Assembly: GCA_038142325.1 (NCBI GenBank)
Contig: JAYQJW010000002.1
Span: forward strand, 416,001-480,000
Reading direction: 5' to 3'
Source of the DNA: Gammaproteobacteria bacterium
Lineage (GTDB): Bacteria > Pseudomonadota > Gammaproteobacteria > GCA-002705445 > GCA-002716945
DNA: 64,000 bases
Position 1 is the first letter of the stretch, and each line of letters begins with the position of its first letter. The notes under the pieces are model-generated. The model ran no database searches, was not told the origin of the DNA, and saw nothing but the letters and a program-made list of their open reading frames with translations. Of this stretch, positions 43,316 through 55,681 are shown in pieces. The translations under genes were made by a program, and so were the position numbers.

Positions 43316-44276
43316 TATATTCGGGGCGTTAGCTCAGTTGGTAGAGCAGTGGCCTTTTAAGCCATTTGTCACAGGTTCGAATCCTGTACGCCCTATAATA
43401 TTCTTTTGTGTTTTATTTCTCCTTAGTTTCTCTCCACAGCTCGCTGTATCTGATAATCACTTAATTAGTATTAAAAGTCATAATGGTCTAGTTTTAAATG
43501 CAAACTTAAAGAGTAACTCTCAAAGCGATACTATATTTATTCTAGTGCATGGGACAAGAGGCTATAAGGATATGGAGATTATAAAATCATTAAGTCAAAA
43601 AATATATGATTACGGTTATAGTTCTCTGAGTATTAACTTAAGCTATGATATAGACAATAGAGCCAGTGAATTTCTTTCATGTGACAGAGTGCACACTCAC
43701 AATGAACATACATCTATCAATGAAATAGTATCTTGGTATAGGTATCTAGAAAACCAAGACTATAAAAATATATATTTTATAGGTCACTCAAGAGGAGCAT
43801 TTAATGTCATTCAAGCAATGGCTATTATAAATAACAATAACATCAAAGCGTATTTATTAGCTCCAGTTATAGATACTTATCTAGGAACAAAAAACTACTA
43901 TGACCAAGAGCATAATCTTCCTTACGAGACTTTGATAAATAATAAAGATGAATTTATTATTTCTGATAGGTATCCTTCCATTAATTTTTTATTTTGTGAA
44001 AATGCTAGAGTATCTTCATCAACATTTAGGTCTTATTTGGATTTATCCAAAAATCAAACATTGTATCCATTTACATTTAGTATCGTTGACTTATTAAAAG
44101 ATACTAATTCAATGGTAACTATTTTCTCAGGAACTGATGATGAAATTCTTCTAGATTCTTATAAAAAGCTTAACCAAATCAATCAACCTAATATTTCTCA
44201 TATTCTTATTGATGAGGCAGATCATTTTTTTAGAGATATATATCTAGACGATGTTATAGATATAATTTTTGATTAG
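43302..44276 (+). CDS. Secreted alpha/beta-fold hydrolase; start uncertain (ORF overlaps tRNA-Lys)
   Basis: Hydrophobic signal IIFFCVLFLLSF...AVS, LVHGT, GHSRG nucleophile elbow, GTDDE, ADHFF. Confidence 0.8.
   Translation: MRKFSIFGALAQLVEQWPFKPFVTGSNPVRPIIFFCVLFLLSFSPQLAVSDNHLISIKSHNGLVLNANLKSNSQSDTIFILVHGTRGYKDMEIIKSLSQKIYDYGYSSLSINLSYDIDNRASEFLSCDRVHTHNEHTSINEIVSWYRYLENQDYKNIYFIGHSRGAFNVIQAMAIINNNNIKAYLLAPVIDTYLGTKNYYDQEHNLPYETLINNKDEFIISDRYPSINFLFCENARVSSSTFRSYLDLSKNQTLYPFTFSIVDLLKDTNSMVTIFSGTDDEILLDSYKKLNQINQPNISHILIDEADHFFRDIYLDDVIDIIFD
43323..43395 (+). tRNA. tRNA-Lys (UUU), CCA not encoded
   Basis: Acceptor GGGGCGT/ACGCCCT, D arm GCTC..GAGC, anticodon loop CTTTTAA, T arm ACAGG-TTCGAAT-CCTGT. 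Confidence 0.95.
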
Positions 44277-44280
44277 CTAT

Positions 44281-44781
44281 TTATTGAACCATGAAAGGAT
44301 CATCTGAAGACTCAGATGAATCAATATCCAAGCTCTTCTCTAGTTGGGAGGATGATTTAGGACCAATGGTTATTTCAGATTCTGATTTATCAAACATTCC
44401 TCTCAAAACTTTGATTGTTGCAAATCTATTCTCTTTTTCATAGTTGATAAGAACAAATCTAGATCTCACAATTCCAATTTCAGACCATCCATCAGCAATC
44501 ATATTCTTTCTATAGAAACCAACAATATCATCTGCGCTTCCTTCATGTTGCAAGTATAAAATCCCGGAGAATTTGTTGCCTTCACCAAAGATTACAGTTT
44601 TACTCACTAGATACTTTGAGTTTTCAGGTAGAGGAATAGATACTTGTAGCTTTTGTTCTACGGATACTTCTCTCTGTTCTTCAGCTTGACTATCAAGCAT
44701 GGCCTGCATATTTGCACATGATGATAAAAATATTGTAACTAGTACTATAGGTAGATATTTAGATAAATGCCTGAACTGCAT
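44281..44781 (-). CDS. Lipoprotein of unknown function
   Basis: Lipobox LSSC at residue 22; FY...M...GW...VR...RFATI pattern. Confidence 0.75.
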   Translation of the reverse strand: MQFRHLSKYLPIVLVTIFLSSCANMQAMLDSQAEEQREVSVEQKLQVSIPLPENSKYLVSKTVIFGEGNKFSGILYLQHEGSADDIVGFYRKNMIADGWSEIGIVRSRFVLINYEKENRFATIKVLRGMFDKSESEITIGPKSSSQLEKSLDIDSSESSDDPFMVQ

Positions 44782-44806
44782 AATTAGAGTATATCTTTAA
44801 AATATA

Positions 44807-45634
44807 TTATTTTCTAGAGCCTGGTCCATTAACTTCAAGGCCATTACTCATAAACGTAGTAAAATACTCAAGATTATTTAATTCATCACTTCCAGCCTTA
44901 AAACTTTTAGCTCTAATACGGTTTAGACATCCTGCAAACCTCTCATGTAATGTGACCAATCTTCCCATCCCGGATCTGTAAACTGGAAAGTGTGTTGGAT
45001 GGCCTATCGCTGGACTTGGAATATCAGCTCTAAGCTTTGTACCTGTTTGATAGACATGACAATCTGCACATGAAAAATTAAGCTGACCTTTCTTAGTAAA
45101 ATACAATCTCCTTCCATCTTCATATGCTTCTAATGCCTCTGCAGTATTTGGCACTTCAACATTAAATTTATTACCACGAGAAGTGTAAGCCATGTAAGCT
45201 GATACATGAGCTAACTCCTTTCCTTTGTAATAACTAAGTGGTTTTTCACCATTTTTTACTCTGCATTCATTGATAGCGCCCTCGAGTGTAACAACTTTAT
45301 TTTTTTCTGTGTTGAAATAGGGATAATTTTGTCTAATTCCTATGCCCTCATTGTCGAAACAAGATGCATAAGTATTACCATTTTTAAAAGGTATATTAAA
45401 AAGCTCTTCCCCTCGGTCTATATTAAGTTCATAGGGTGGAAATTCTTCCATAGATTCCCATTGCTCTCTAGCAGATTTATCAATTGAATAGACACCATTT
45501 TTATAATCTTCAAATGGAGTGTCAGGAAAACGATTTTCAAAGTAACTTACAAACTCATCATAATCACTTTCAGGACTAGCCATAGTTGATAATGATGGAG
45601 TTAATAAGATAAATAGTAAAAGTTTTTTAAACAT
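44807..45634 (-). CDS. soxA: Sulfur oxidation cytochrome SoxA (monohaem type)
   Basis: EEFPPYE, single CADCH, FPVYR, RFAGC active-site Cys, GPGSRK tail. Confidence 0.96.
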   Translation of the reverse strand: MFKKLLLFILLTPSLSTMASPESDYDEFVSYFENRFPDTPFEDYKNGVYSIDKSAREQWESMEEFPPYELNIDRGEELFNIPFKNGNTYASCFDNEGIGIRQNYPYFNTEKNKVVTLEGAINECRVKNGEKPLSYYKGKELAHVSAYMAYTSRGNKFNVEVPNTAEALEAYEDGRRLYFTKKGQLNFSCADCHVYQTGTKLRADIPSPAIGHPTHFPVYRSGMGRLVTLHERFAGCLNRIRAKSFKAGSDELNNLEYFTTFMSNGLEVNGPGSRK

Positions 45635-45943
45635 TTATTTAACTTTTCCTACCGCAGAATCTCTATTACCTTGATTATCAACCCAAGACAACTCAATTTC
45701 ATCACCTTTGTTACCTTTGTACTTAAAAGTCAAATAAGGATTTTTTGAAACAGCTGGTCCCCAATATATTTTTATCACTTCTTTGCCATTAGCTTTACCG
45801 TGCACCTCTTGGATGAAATGAGCTGGAATAAGATTACCAGTTTTTTTATCTTTTCTTTGCCCAGTTTCCATTGGGTGTTTAATAAGGGCTTTAACTGTTA
45901 CAACACCATTTGATTCTTTAGGTCTCATTTTTATTGTACTCAT
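45635..45943 (-). CDS. soxZ: Sulfur carrier subunit SoxZ
   Basis: HPMETGQRKD, IPAHFI, VSKNPY, WVDN.G. Confidence 0.97.
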   Translation of the reverse strand: MSTIKMRPKESNGVVTVKALIKHPMETGQRKDKKTGNLIPAHFIQEVHGKANGKEVIKIYWGPAVSKNPYLTFKYKGNKGDEIELSWVDNQGNRDSAVGKVK

Positions 45944-45945
45944 AA

Positions 45946-46407
45946 TTAACCTCCACAGCCTCCAATAGTTACCTTGACTTCTTGTGTAGCTGTATATACT
46001 TTGTCACCACTCTTAACAGCAGCCATTACGTTTGATGTCTTTCCCATTTTTAAACGTGTACCAATTGCAGGTTCAGCTAGAGATGTTAGCTGATAACCAC
46101 TTGATAATGGCTGTGGATTATTTTCAACAAATATCATTATCGATTCAACATTATCAAGAGTTGTTGATACGTTAATTGGCACTATAGCTCCGTTTTCTGC
46201 AATTTCCGGCGCCTTGAGCTTTACCTTAGATGATTCTTCTAAATTGTTATGACCATAAATACTACTTACAGAGTCATTAAGGTCTTTGATATCAAAAGAT
46301 TTTTTCGGCCAAGACGCATATGCTTCTTTGGTCACAATTAAAGTTGGCACAGTCGCTAATGTACCAGCAAACAGCATGCTATTTTTTATAAATTTTCTTC
46401 TATTCAT
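45946..46407 (-). CDS. soxY: Sulfur carrier subunit SoxY
   Basis: Tat signal NRRKFIK, APEIAENG, C-terminal VKVTIGGCGG. Confidence 0.98.
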   Translation of the reverse strand: MNRRKFIKNSMLFAGTLATVPTLIVTKEAYASWPKKSFDIKDLNDSVSSIYGHNNLEESSKVKLKAPEIAENGAIVPINVSTTLDNVESIMIFVENNPQPLSSGYQLTSLAEPAIGTRLKMGKTSNVMAAVKSGDKVYTATQEVKVTIGGCGG

Positions 46408-46415
46408 ATGTTTTC

Positions 46416-46751
46416 CTAAAGTGTATATAAATAATCAATTATCTTGTTAATCTCATTTTTTGTTAGCGCTCCATGTTTACCAAATGGAGGCATAAAAGAA
46501 TAAGGGTTTGTTTGAGTAGGATCCCAAATTTGTTGAAAAAGAAGTTCTCTGTCAGGAAATCTTGCTTTCATAGCTAGCAATGGAGGACCATTATTTCCTG
46601 CCAATTCACCATCATCAATCATGTGACACGCCAAACAATTACCTTTCTTTCGATCAAAAGTGAGCTTTTTACCCTCTGCAATGTCATCAGAATAAGAAAT
46701 TGAAGGCAATGTTGTAACCATTAAAAACACAATCAATATTAGCTTTTTCAT
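46416..46751 (-). CDS. soxX: Sulfur oxidation cytochrome SoxX
   Basis: KKGNCLACH, GPPL, MPPFG, YL.TL. Confidence 0.96.
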   Translation of the reverse strand: MKKLILIVFLMVTTLPSISYSDDIAEGKKLTFDRKKGNCLACHMIDDGELAGNNGPPLLAMKARFPDRELLFQQIWDPTQTNPYSFMPPFGKHGALTKNEINKIIDYLYTL

Positions 46752-46792
46752 GGCCTTATTATATAGATGAATGATGTTTATTAAAACATTTT

Positions 46793-48215
46793 TTAATTAC
46801 AGGTTTTTGGCCCAAAAATTGGTTCTAATGGTGGATTTGAATTACAAAGGATTCTATTTTTAATACTTAGTAAATTTTTCTTCTGTATATCACTTAAATA
46901 GTTCGACTTAACACTATCGTCAATTATTCTATACGCCATAGGTAAATTACCTTTCAAATTATAGAAGTTTATTAGTGCAAGCTTCGTACCATATTTATCT
47001 CCATTTTTTTTCAGAACCTTCTGCTAATAGTTTGTATATCGTTGGGTTATTATTATTCTTTTTGACAAAGTCTTTTAGTTCCAAAACACTTTTATCTAAG
47101 TTGAAGGAGTCCTTAATATTTTGTTTCAATAACTGAAAATTAATAGCATTGTTATCAGGATAAATTTCTAATAATTTTTTTATGATGTTTCTAGATTCAA
47201 TTTTTTCGCCCATAGCCCAATGAATATCTGCCATCAAAGATGAAATGTATATATTATAATTATTTGAATCATAATTTTCTTGAATTGTTTGCCTTGCTTT
47301 ATCATAGTTACCAGCTTTGAAGTAATTTAATGCAAGTCGATGATTTATAACTGATGAATTATATGCTTTCTTATTTAAAGCTTGCGATGTTTTCTCGTTA
47401 GACATTAAAATATTTTTTATGTATTCATAATCATTCGTACTATTAATGATAGATCCTGATTGCTGTCCCCCCTTATTTTCAATTGTACTTATTCGATTTG
47501 AATACAAGGGGTGTGTCATGAAATATTCATTTAAATAAGATTGACTATTTGCATCACCCTGCATCAGTCTAAAAAATTTGGCCATTTCTTTAAGGGCATA
47601 ATTACTATTTTGCATTAACCGCGCAGCAAATATATCTGCTTCTATTTCGTTTTCTCTTACAAGATTAATGTTCTGCTGCACCGACAAGCCAATGCCTGAC
47701 TTAATGGATGCTATACTAGCTTCAGATTGGCCAGCTAACAGGCCAGCAAATATCCCTATCCACATTGGAATTGAGTTTACATTTGAACGGGCTATCATCT
47801 CAGCACTGTGTCTTAATACTACGTGAGCAAGTTCATGTGCAACAACACCTGCTAGTTGAGCTTCATTTTGAGTAAGTGTTATCAATCCAGAATTAAATCC
47901 AACATATCCGCCTGGTAAGGCAAAAGCATTTACTGATTTTGATCTAGTTACAAAAAAAACATAATTCCTATTGTATGAAGTATTGCGGCTTAATTTGTTT
48001 CCAAGATATGTTATGTAATCTGATACGAAAACATCATTTACGATGTTGTTATTCTTTTGCAAAGCTTTATATATATTTCGACCAATTCTCTCTTCTTCAG
48101 CAATAGTTATAGTCCTATTCAACGAATCCCCAAGCATAGGCGATGTTTGGGATTCATCTCCATGTCCATTCATAACAAAACTTACAAGGATTAAGGCTAG
48201 AAGCAGCTTGTACAT
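46793..48215 (-). CDS. bepA: M48 metalloprotease with TPR region, BepA-like (frameshift near 47005)
   Basis: VNAFALPGG, HELAH, E.EAD, THP...RI; shifted frame continues to TAA at 46793-46795. Confidence 0.88.
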
Positions 48216-48344
48216 TTATTCACTCACAATAGTATCTTTCTCTATATTAAATAATCTAAATGTACTAATATAGATTCCTAATATAGAAGGTTTAATCTAT
48301 AGAGAAACCTTTGTAATTATTATAACTCAAGAGGTAATGCAAAA

Positions 48345-48575
48345 ATGAGTGATTTTGATAAAGAACTTGATACAAGTGGACTAAATTGTCCATTGCCAAT
48401 TATAAAAGCTAAGAAAGAAATAAATACCATGGAATCAGGACAAGTTTTACATGTTATTTCAACAGATCCAGGGGCAGTAATGGATTTCGAATCGTTTGCT
48501 GGACAGACAGGTAATGAACTTTTGTCTTCAGAAACTCGAGACAATAAATTTTATTTTCTTATCAAAAAAAGCTAG
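48345..48575 (+). CDS. tusA: TusA-family sulfur carrier
   Basis: LDTSGLNCPLP, TDPG, GNELL. Confidence 0.92.
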   Translation: MSDFDKELDTSGLNCPLPIIKAKKEINTMESGQVLHVISTDPGAVMDFESFAGQTGNELLSSETRDNKFYFLIKKS

Positions 48576-48577
48576 CA

Positions 48578-50304
48578 ATGAAATTAAGCGGTTCAGAAAT
48601 AATTATTGAATCTCTCAAAAAAGAGGGTGTAGAATTTATTTTCGGATACCCGGGTGGCGCAGTATTACACATCTATGATGCACTATTTGCTGCAAAAGAC
48701 ATAAAACATGTCTTAGTCAGACATGAGCAAGGCGCTACTCATGCTGCTGATGGTTATGCAAGAGCCTGCAACAAACCAGGTGTTGTTTTAGTAACTTCAG
48801 GTCCTGGAATTACTAATTGCGTTACAGGTATAGCTACAGCACATATGGATTCAATACCTATGATTGTTATTTCTGGACAAGTTTCAAGACAATATGTTGG
48901 AAGCGATGCGTTTCAAGAAGCTGATGCAACTGGTATTACAAGACCCATTTGTAAACATAACTTTTTAATTAATGATCGAGAGTCTATTGCTGAAACATTC
49001 AGAAAGGCATTCATAATAGCAACTACAGGTAGACCAGGACCTGTAATTATTGACATACCAAAAGATTTAACTGATCCAAAAATAAAAATTAATTTTGATT
49101 ATAAAAAAAATATCAAAATACGCTCTTACAGTGTAAAAAAAACAGAAAATCAAGACAAAATTGAAATTGCTTCTAAGCTATTGTGTCAGGCAAAAAAACC
49201 AATGATATATACTGGTGGAGGCGTTATCCTCAGCAAAGCAAGCAATGAATTAACAAAACTTGTAAGACTTCTTAACTATCCTGTTACTAATACGCTCATG
49301 GGATTAGGCGCATATCCATCGTCTGATAAACAGTTTCTTGGAATGCTAGGAATGCACGGAACTTATGAAGCAAATATGGCAATGCATGAGTGCGATGTAT
49401 TGTTAGCAGTTGGCGCGAGGTTTGATGATAGAGTAACTGGAGACACTAAACAATTTTGCCCAAAAGCAAAGATAATACATATCGATATTGACCCATCTTC
49501 AATATCTAAAATTATTGAAGTTGACCACTCACTAATCGGTGATACAAAAAATATTCTCAAAAAAATAATTGAGTACACTACAAAGCATAAAAAAAATATA
49601 GATAAAATTGCTTTAGAGAAATGGTGGAAAAAGATTAAATCTTGGCAGAAAAAAAAGTGTTTATCATATAAAAAGTCAAACAAAGTTATTAAACCTCAAT
49701 CAGTTATTGAAACACTTCATGAAATCTCAAAAGGAAAGTCCTTTGTAACATCAGATGTTGGACAACATCAAATGTGGGTAGCGCAATATTATAAGTTTGA
49801 TAAGCCTAATCGTTGGATTAATTCTGGCGGTTTGGGAACAATGGGATTTGGACTTCCTGCGGCGATAGGCGCACAGTTAGCATATCCAAAAGAGCAAGTT
49901 GTCTGCGTTACAGGCGAGGCAAGTATTTTGATGTGTATTCAAGAATTGTCAACATGCCTACAATATGGTTTGCCTATTAAAATAATTAACTTAAATAACA
50001 GATACATGGGTATGGTCAGACAATGGCAAGAATTCTTTTATGAAGGTCGTTATGCTATGTCATATATGGATGCTATTCCTGATTTTGCTAAGTTAGCAGA
50101 GAGTTTTGGCCACATAGGCATGGTGATTGACAAACCACAGAATCTTGAAAAAGATTTAAAAACTGCTCTAGATTACAAAAATAGATTAGTATTTGTTGAT
50201 GTAATTACTGATCAAACAGAAAACGTATATCCGATGATTGTAAGTGGCAAAGGACATCATGAGATGCATTTAGCCCCTTCAGTTAATGAAGAGACAGAAC
50301 TGGC

Positions 50305-50308
<4 letters not shown>
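48578..50308 (+). CDS. ilvI: Acetolactate synthase large subunit
   Basis: FGYPGGA, RHEQGA, TSGPG, GMHG, DVGQHQMW, SGGLGTMG, GMVRQWQ. Confidence 0.96.
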
Positions 50309-51836
<1,528 letters not shown>

Positions 51837-52611
51837 TTGAATAAGAAGATCTAATAAAATTTCTGCAGTATATCTACTTCCAAATCTTGTTACGTTGGGA
51901 GCTATGTTTTGCGGTTTCTATTCTATTATTTTAGCTATCAATGAGCTATTCACACAAGCTGCAGTCTTTATTTTATTTTCAATGATTTTGGATGGGCTCG
52001 ATGGTCGTGTTGCACGATTAACTAATACTCAAACATCTTTTGGAGAATATTTTGATAGTTTGTCTGACTTGTTATGTTTTGGTGTAGCCCCCGCACTTTT
52101 AATTTATCTTTCTAGTCTGTCTATTTATACCTCAGGTTATTTAGTTAAAATTTCATATCTAGTATGCTTTATATATGTTGCATCTACTGCCATAAGGCTA
52201 GCTCGCTTTAATTCTAGAAATCAAACAGCAGATAAAAAATATTTTATTGGACTAGCTAGTCCAGCATCTGCCGCTATTTTAATTTGCTATGTATGGTTTT
52301 TGAATGACATTAATGCAGATGTAGCTTCTTATTTGACATTAACCATATTATTAATTTTAACGCTCTCTGTTTTAATGGTTAGTAATATTGCATATATGAG
52401 CTTTAAAGATTTTAATTTCAAACAAAAAGTACCACATGTCATGCTTTTCGCCGTAGCGCTAGGCATATCATTTATATCATTCGATCCTCCTAAAGTATTG
52501 TTCATGTTTTTTATGATTTATGGCTTTTCTGGCCCCATGTTATTTCTTTTTAGAAGGCTAAGAAGAAAGAATATTTATGACTCAAAATTATCATCTAAGA
52601 ATCAAAGTTAA
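51837..52611 (+). CDS. pssA: CDP-diacylglycerol-serine O-phosphatidyltransferase (start uncertain)
   Basis: YLLPNLVT upstream in frame, DGLDGRVAR, FG..FDSLSD, RLARFN. Confidence 0.92.
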
Positions 52612-52699
52612 ACAATTTTTTATCGCTAACTAGAATATTACTTCTTCATCATTAAATCTCTTGAGGTATAATGCCTCTAGATATGAATAAACTAGTTTT

Positions 52700-54245
52700 A
52701 TGAAAAATAACGATCACTTAATTATTTTCGACACAACCCTTAGAGACGGAGAGCAAAGTCCAGGAGCTTCTATGGATATAGAGGAAAAGGTTCAAATTGC
52801 TCTGGCTCTAAATGATTTAAATGTTGATGTTATTGAAGCAGGTTTCCCTATTGCCAGTAATGGTGATTTTGCTGCTGTAAAAGAAATTTCTGATACTATT
52901 AAAACATCAAGAGTTTGCGCACTTGCTAGAGCATTAGACAAAGATATATTAAGAGCGGCGGATGCTCTCAAGAATGCAAAGCTATCAAGAATTCATACAT
53001 TTATTGCAACATCACCAATACATATGGAGATGAAATTAAAAATGACTCCTGATCAGGTTATTGATAATGCTGTCCATGCTGTAAAATTAGCAAAGAATCA
53101 TGTTCAAGACGTTGAGTTCTCACCTGAAGATGCAGGAAGATCTGATTTTAGATTTCTGTGTAAAATTATTGAAAAAGTGATTGACGCAGGGGCATCTACA
53201 ATTAATATTCCTGATACTGTCGGTTATAATTTGCCTCATCAATTTGGATCTCTCATATCAGATATAATAAAAACCGTTCCTAACTCAGATAAAGCCATAT
53301 TCTCTGTTCATTGTCATAATGATTTAGGACTAGCAGTTTCAAATTCTCTTTCCTCAGTGCTAAATGGAGCAAGACAAGTTGAATGTACAATTAATGGTTT
53401 GGGAGAAAGAGCTGGAAACGCAGCTTTAGAAGAAATAGTCATGACAGTTAAAACTCGCTCAGATATCTTTTCATGTGATACTCAAATCAATACCAAAAAA
53501 ATAATGAATTGTTCAAAACTTGTATCCAGCATTACTGGTTTTCCAGTCCAACCAAATAAAGCAATCGTAGGTAAAAATGCATTTGCACATGAATCAGGAA
53601 TTCATCAAGACGGTATTATTAAATCTAGAGAAACTTATGAGATTATGAAAGCAGAGGATATTGGTTTGGTAAGTAATTCATTGGTCCTCGGAAAGCATTC
53701 TGGTCGAAATGCATTCAAACAGAAACTAGAAGAATTAGATATTGAATGTAAATCAGATGAATCATTAAATGAATTATTTGATAGATTTAAAGAGCTTGCT
53801 GATAAAAAACATGAAATTTATGATGAGGACATTATAAGACTATCTAATAATATTATATTAACTGGTGATGATATACAGTTAGATCACATGTCTGTAATTT
53901 GCAATTCAGATTCTAAGCCACATGCTGATATTTCATTAAACATTAAGGGTGAGATTAAAAAAGCTACTTGCTGATGGAGATGGAGCTGTAGATGCAGCGT
54001 ATAATGCTATTAAGAAACTAATAGATATTGATGTAGATCTTAAATTGTATTCGGTCAACAATATTACTTCAGGAACAGATGCACAAGGTGAGGTAACTGT
54101 TCGAGTCGTAAAAGATGACCTCATAGTCAATGGACATGGTGCTGACACAGATATAGTTAAAGCTTCTGTTTTAGCATATCTAAATGCGATCAATAAGATT
54201 TTTCAAAATCCAGATCTTAAAACTAAAAAGTTACCAGGTATTTAA
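52700..54245 (+). CDS. leuA: 2-isopropylmalate synthase (frameshift near 53960)
   Basis: [32 protein letters not shown]; regulatory domain GDGAVDA, DAQGEV in second ORF. Confidence 0.97.
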
Positions 54246-54882
54246 TGTCTCGAAGAAAAGAATTATTAAGTCTAATGAATATAGACGTTTCTTGGATGCG
54301 TGATGAGCTGTTATCAAATTATAATCAAATTAACATTGATGAATTGAAGTTAATGGCAGTAAATTGTCATAAATGTGAACTGTCAAAAACAAGAAACAAG
54401 GTAGTATTTGGTAAGGGTTCAACTAATGCAAGAATCATGATTATCGGAGAAGCGCCTGGTAAAGATGAAGACTTATCTGGTGAGCCATTTGTTGGAAGAG
54501 CAGGAAAGTTATTAACTGAAATACTTTTTTCGATGAATCTTACTCGTGAAAATGTTTACATAACTAATACAGTTAAATGTAGACCGCCAGAAAATAGAAA
54601 TCCTAACAGTAATGAGATAAGTTGCTGTTCTAGCTATTTAGATCAACAAATTACTCTAATATCTCCAAGCGTAATTATTTTATTGGGAAAGTAGCTGCTG
54701 AGCGATTAATGAACACACCTGAACCAATGTCATCACTGCGTGGTAAGTTGCATTATTATAAGGATACTGATATTCCAATGCTTGTATTTTATCACCCTGC
54801 ATATCTTCTACGTAGTCCTGGTGAAAAAAGTAAAGTATGGGAAGATATTTTATTTATGAAAAAGCACATCAATGTCAGTTAG
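54245..54882 (+). CDS. Family 4 uracil-DNA glycosylase (frameshift near 54690)
   Basis: CHKC, GEAPG, PFVG.AG, KCRPP.NR; YHPAYLLR in shifted frame. Confidence 0.92.
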
Positions 54883-55332
54883 AAAATCAGAACTTTTTAC
54901 ATATCATCCAATGCATATTGATGATTTAGAATATATATACAAGTTAGAGCTTGAATCATATTCTTTTCCATGGACAAAAGAAATACTAAGAGATTGTATC
55001 TTATATAAATATGACTCTTACTCTGTCTTTATTGATGATACGCTTGTTGGATATATAATTTCTAAGATCTCATTTCCCGAGACTCACATATTGAATTTAA
55101 CTGTGGACATAAATTATAGAAATAATGGAATTGGACAAGCATTGATAGATCTTACTATTAATGATGCACGAATAAGAAACTCTCAAGATATTATACTTGA
55201 AGTTAGATCAAAAATCTTATCGCACAAGCCCTCTATAGTAAATTAGGATTCGAGAAAATTGGAATTAGAAAAGGTTATTATGATTCGGAAATTGGTAGAG
55301 AAGATGCATTTGTTCTCAGGCTTAAGCTATAG
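54872..55332 (+). CDS. rimI: Ribosomal protein S18 alanine acetyltransferase (frameshift near 55212)
   Basis: FPW, HILNLTV, R..GIG, LEVR; ALY..LGF...RKGYY...REDA in shifted frame. Confidence 0.92.
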
Positions 55333-55593
55333 TTCTGCTGGTGATTTAGCAGTGATAGATAGAGCATGTATTTCTGTTTTCATAAGCTCATCTAAAGTTT
55401 TATAAATTAGTTTATGTCTATTAAGAGGGCTCAAATTATTAAAATGTTCTGACACAATATATAACTTAAAATGGCCACCCGATTTAGCACCTGCATGTCC
55501 AACATGTAAATGACCCTCATCCTCAATCTTAATATCTATTGGTTTAAGTTCAGCCAAACCATGTTCGATCATTTTCATACGCTTTTCAGACAT
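55327..55593 (-). CDS. bolA: BolA family protein
   Basis: DEGHLHVGHAG, HF...IVS..F, RH..IY, IHALSI. Confidence 0.93.
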   Translation of the reverse strand: MSEKRMKMIEHGLAELKPIDIKIEDEGHLHVGHAGAKSGGHFKLYIVSEHFNNLSPLNRHKLIYKTLDELMKTEIHALSITAKSPAEL

Positions 55594-55681
55594 GTGAATA
55601 TTATATTCAAATCTATAAAAAATTATAGATTATATAAAATCCAGTATTATGATAATATTTACTAAATGACTTATACAAAGT

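Noticed and set aside
43323-48300. Active integrative element at tRNA-Lys
   Set aside because: No integrase and no duplicated tRNA 3' end seen; composition looks like the flanks
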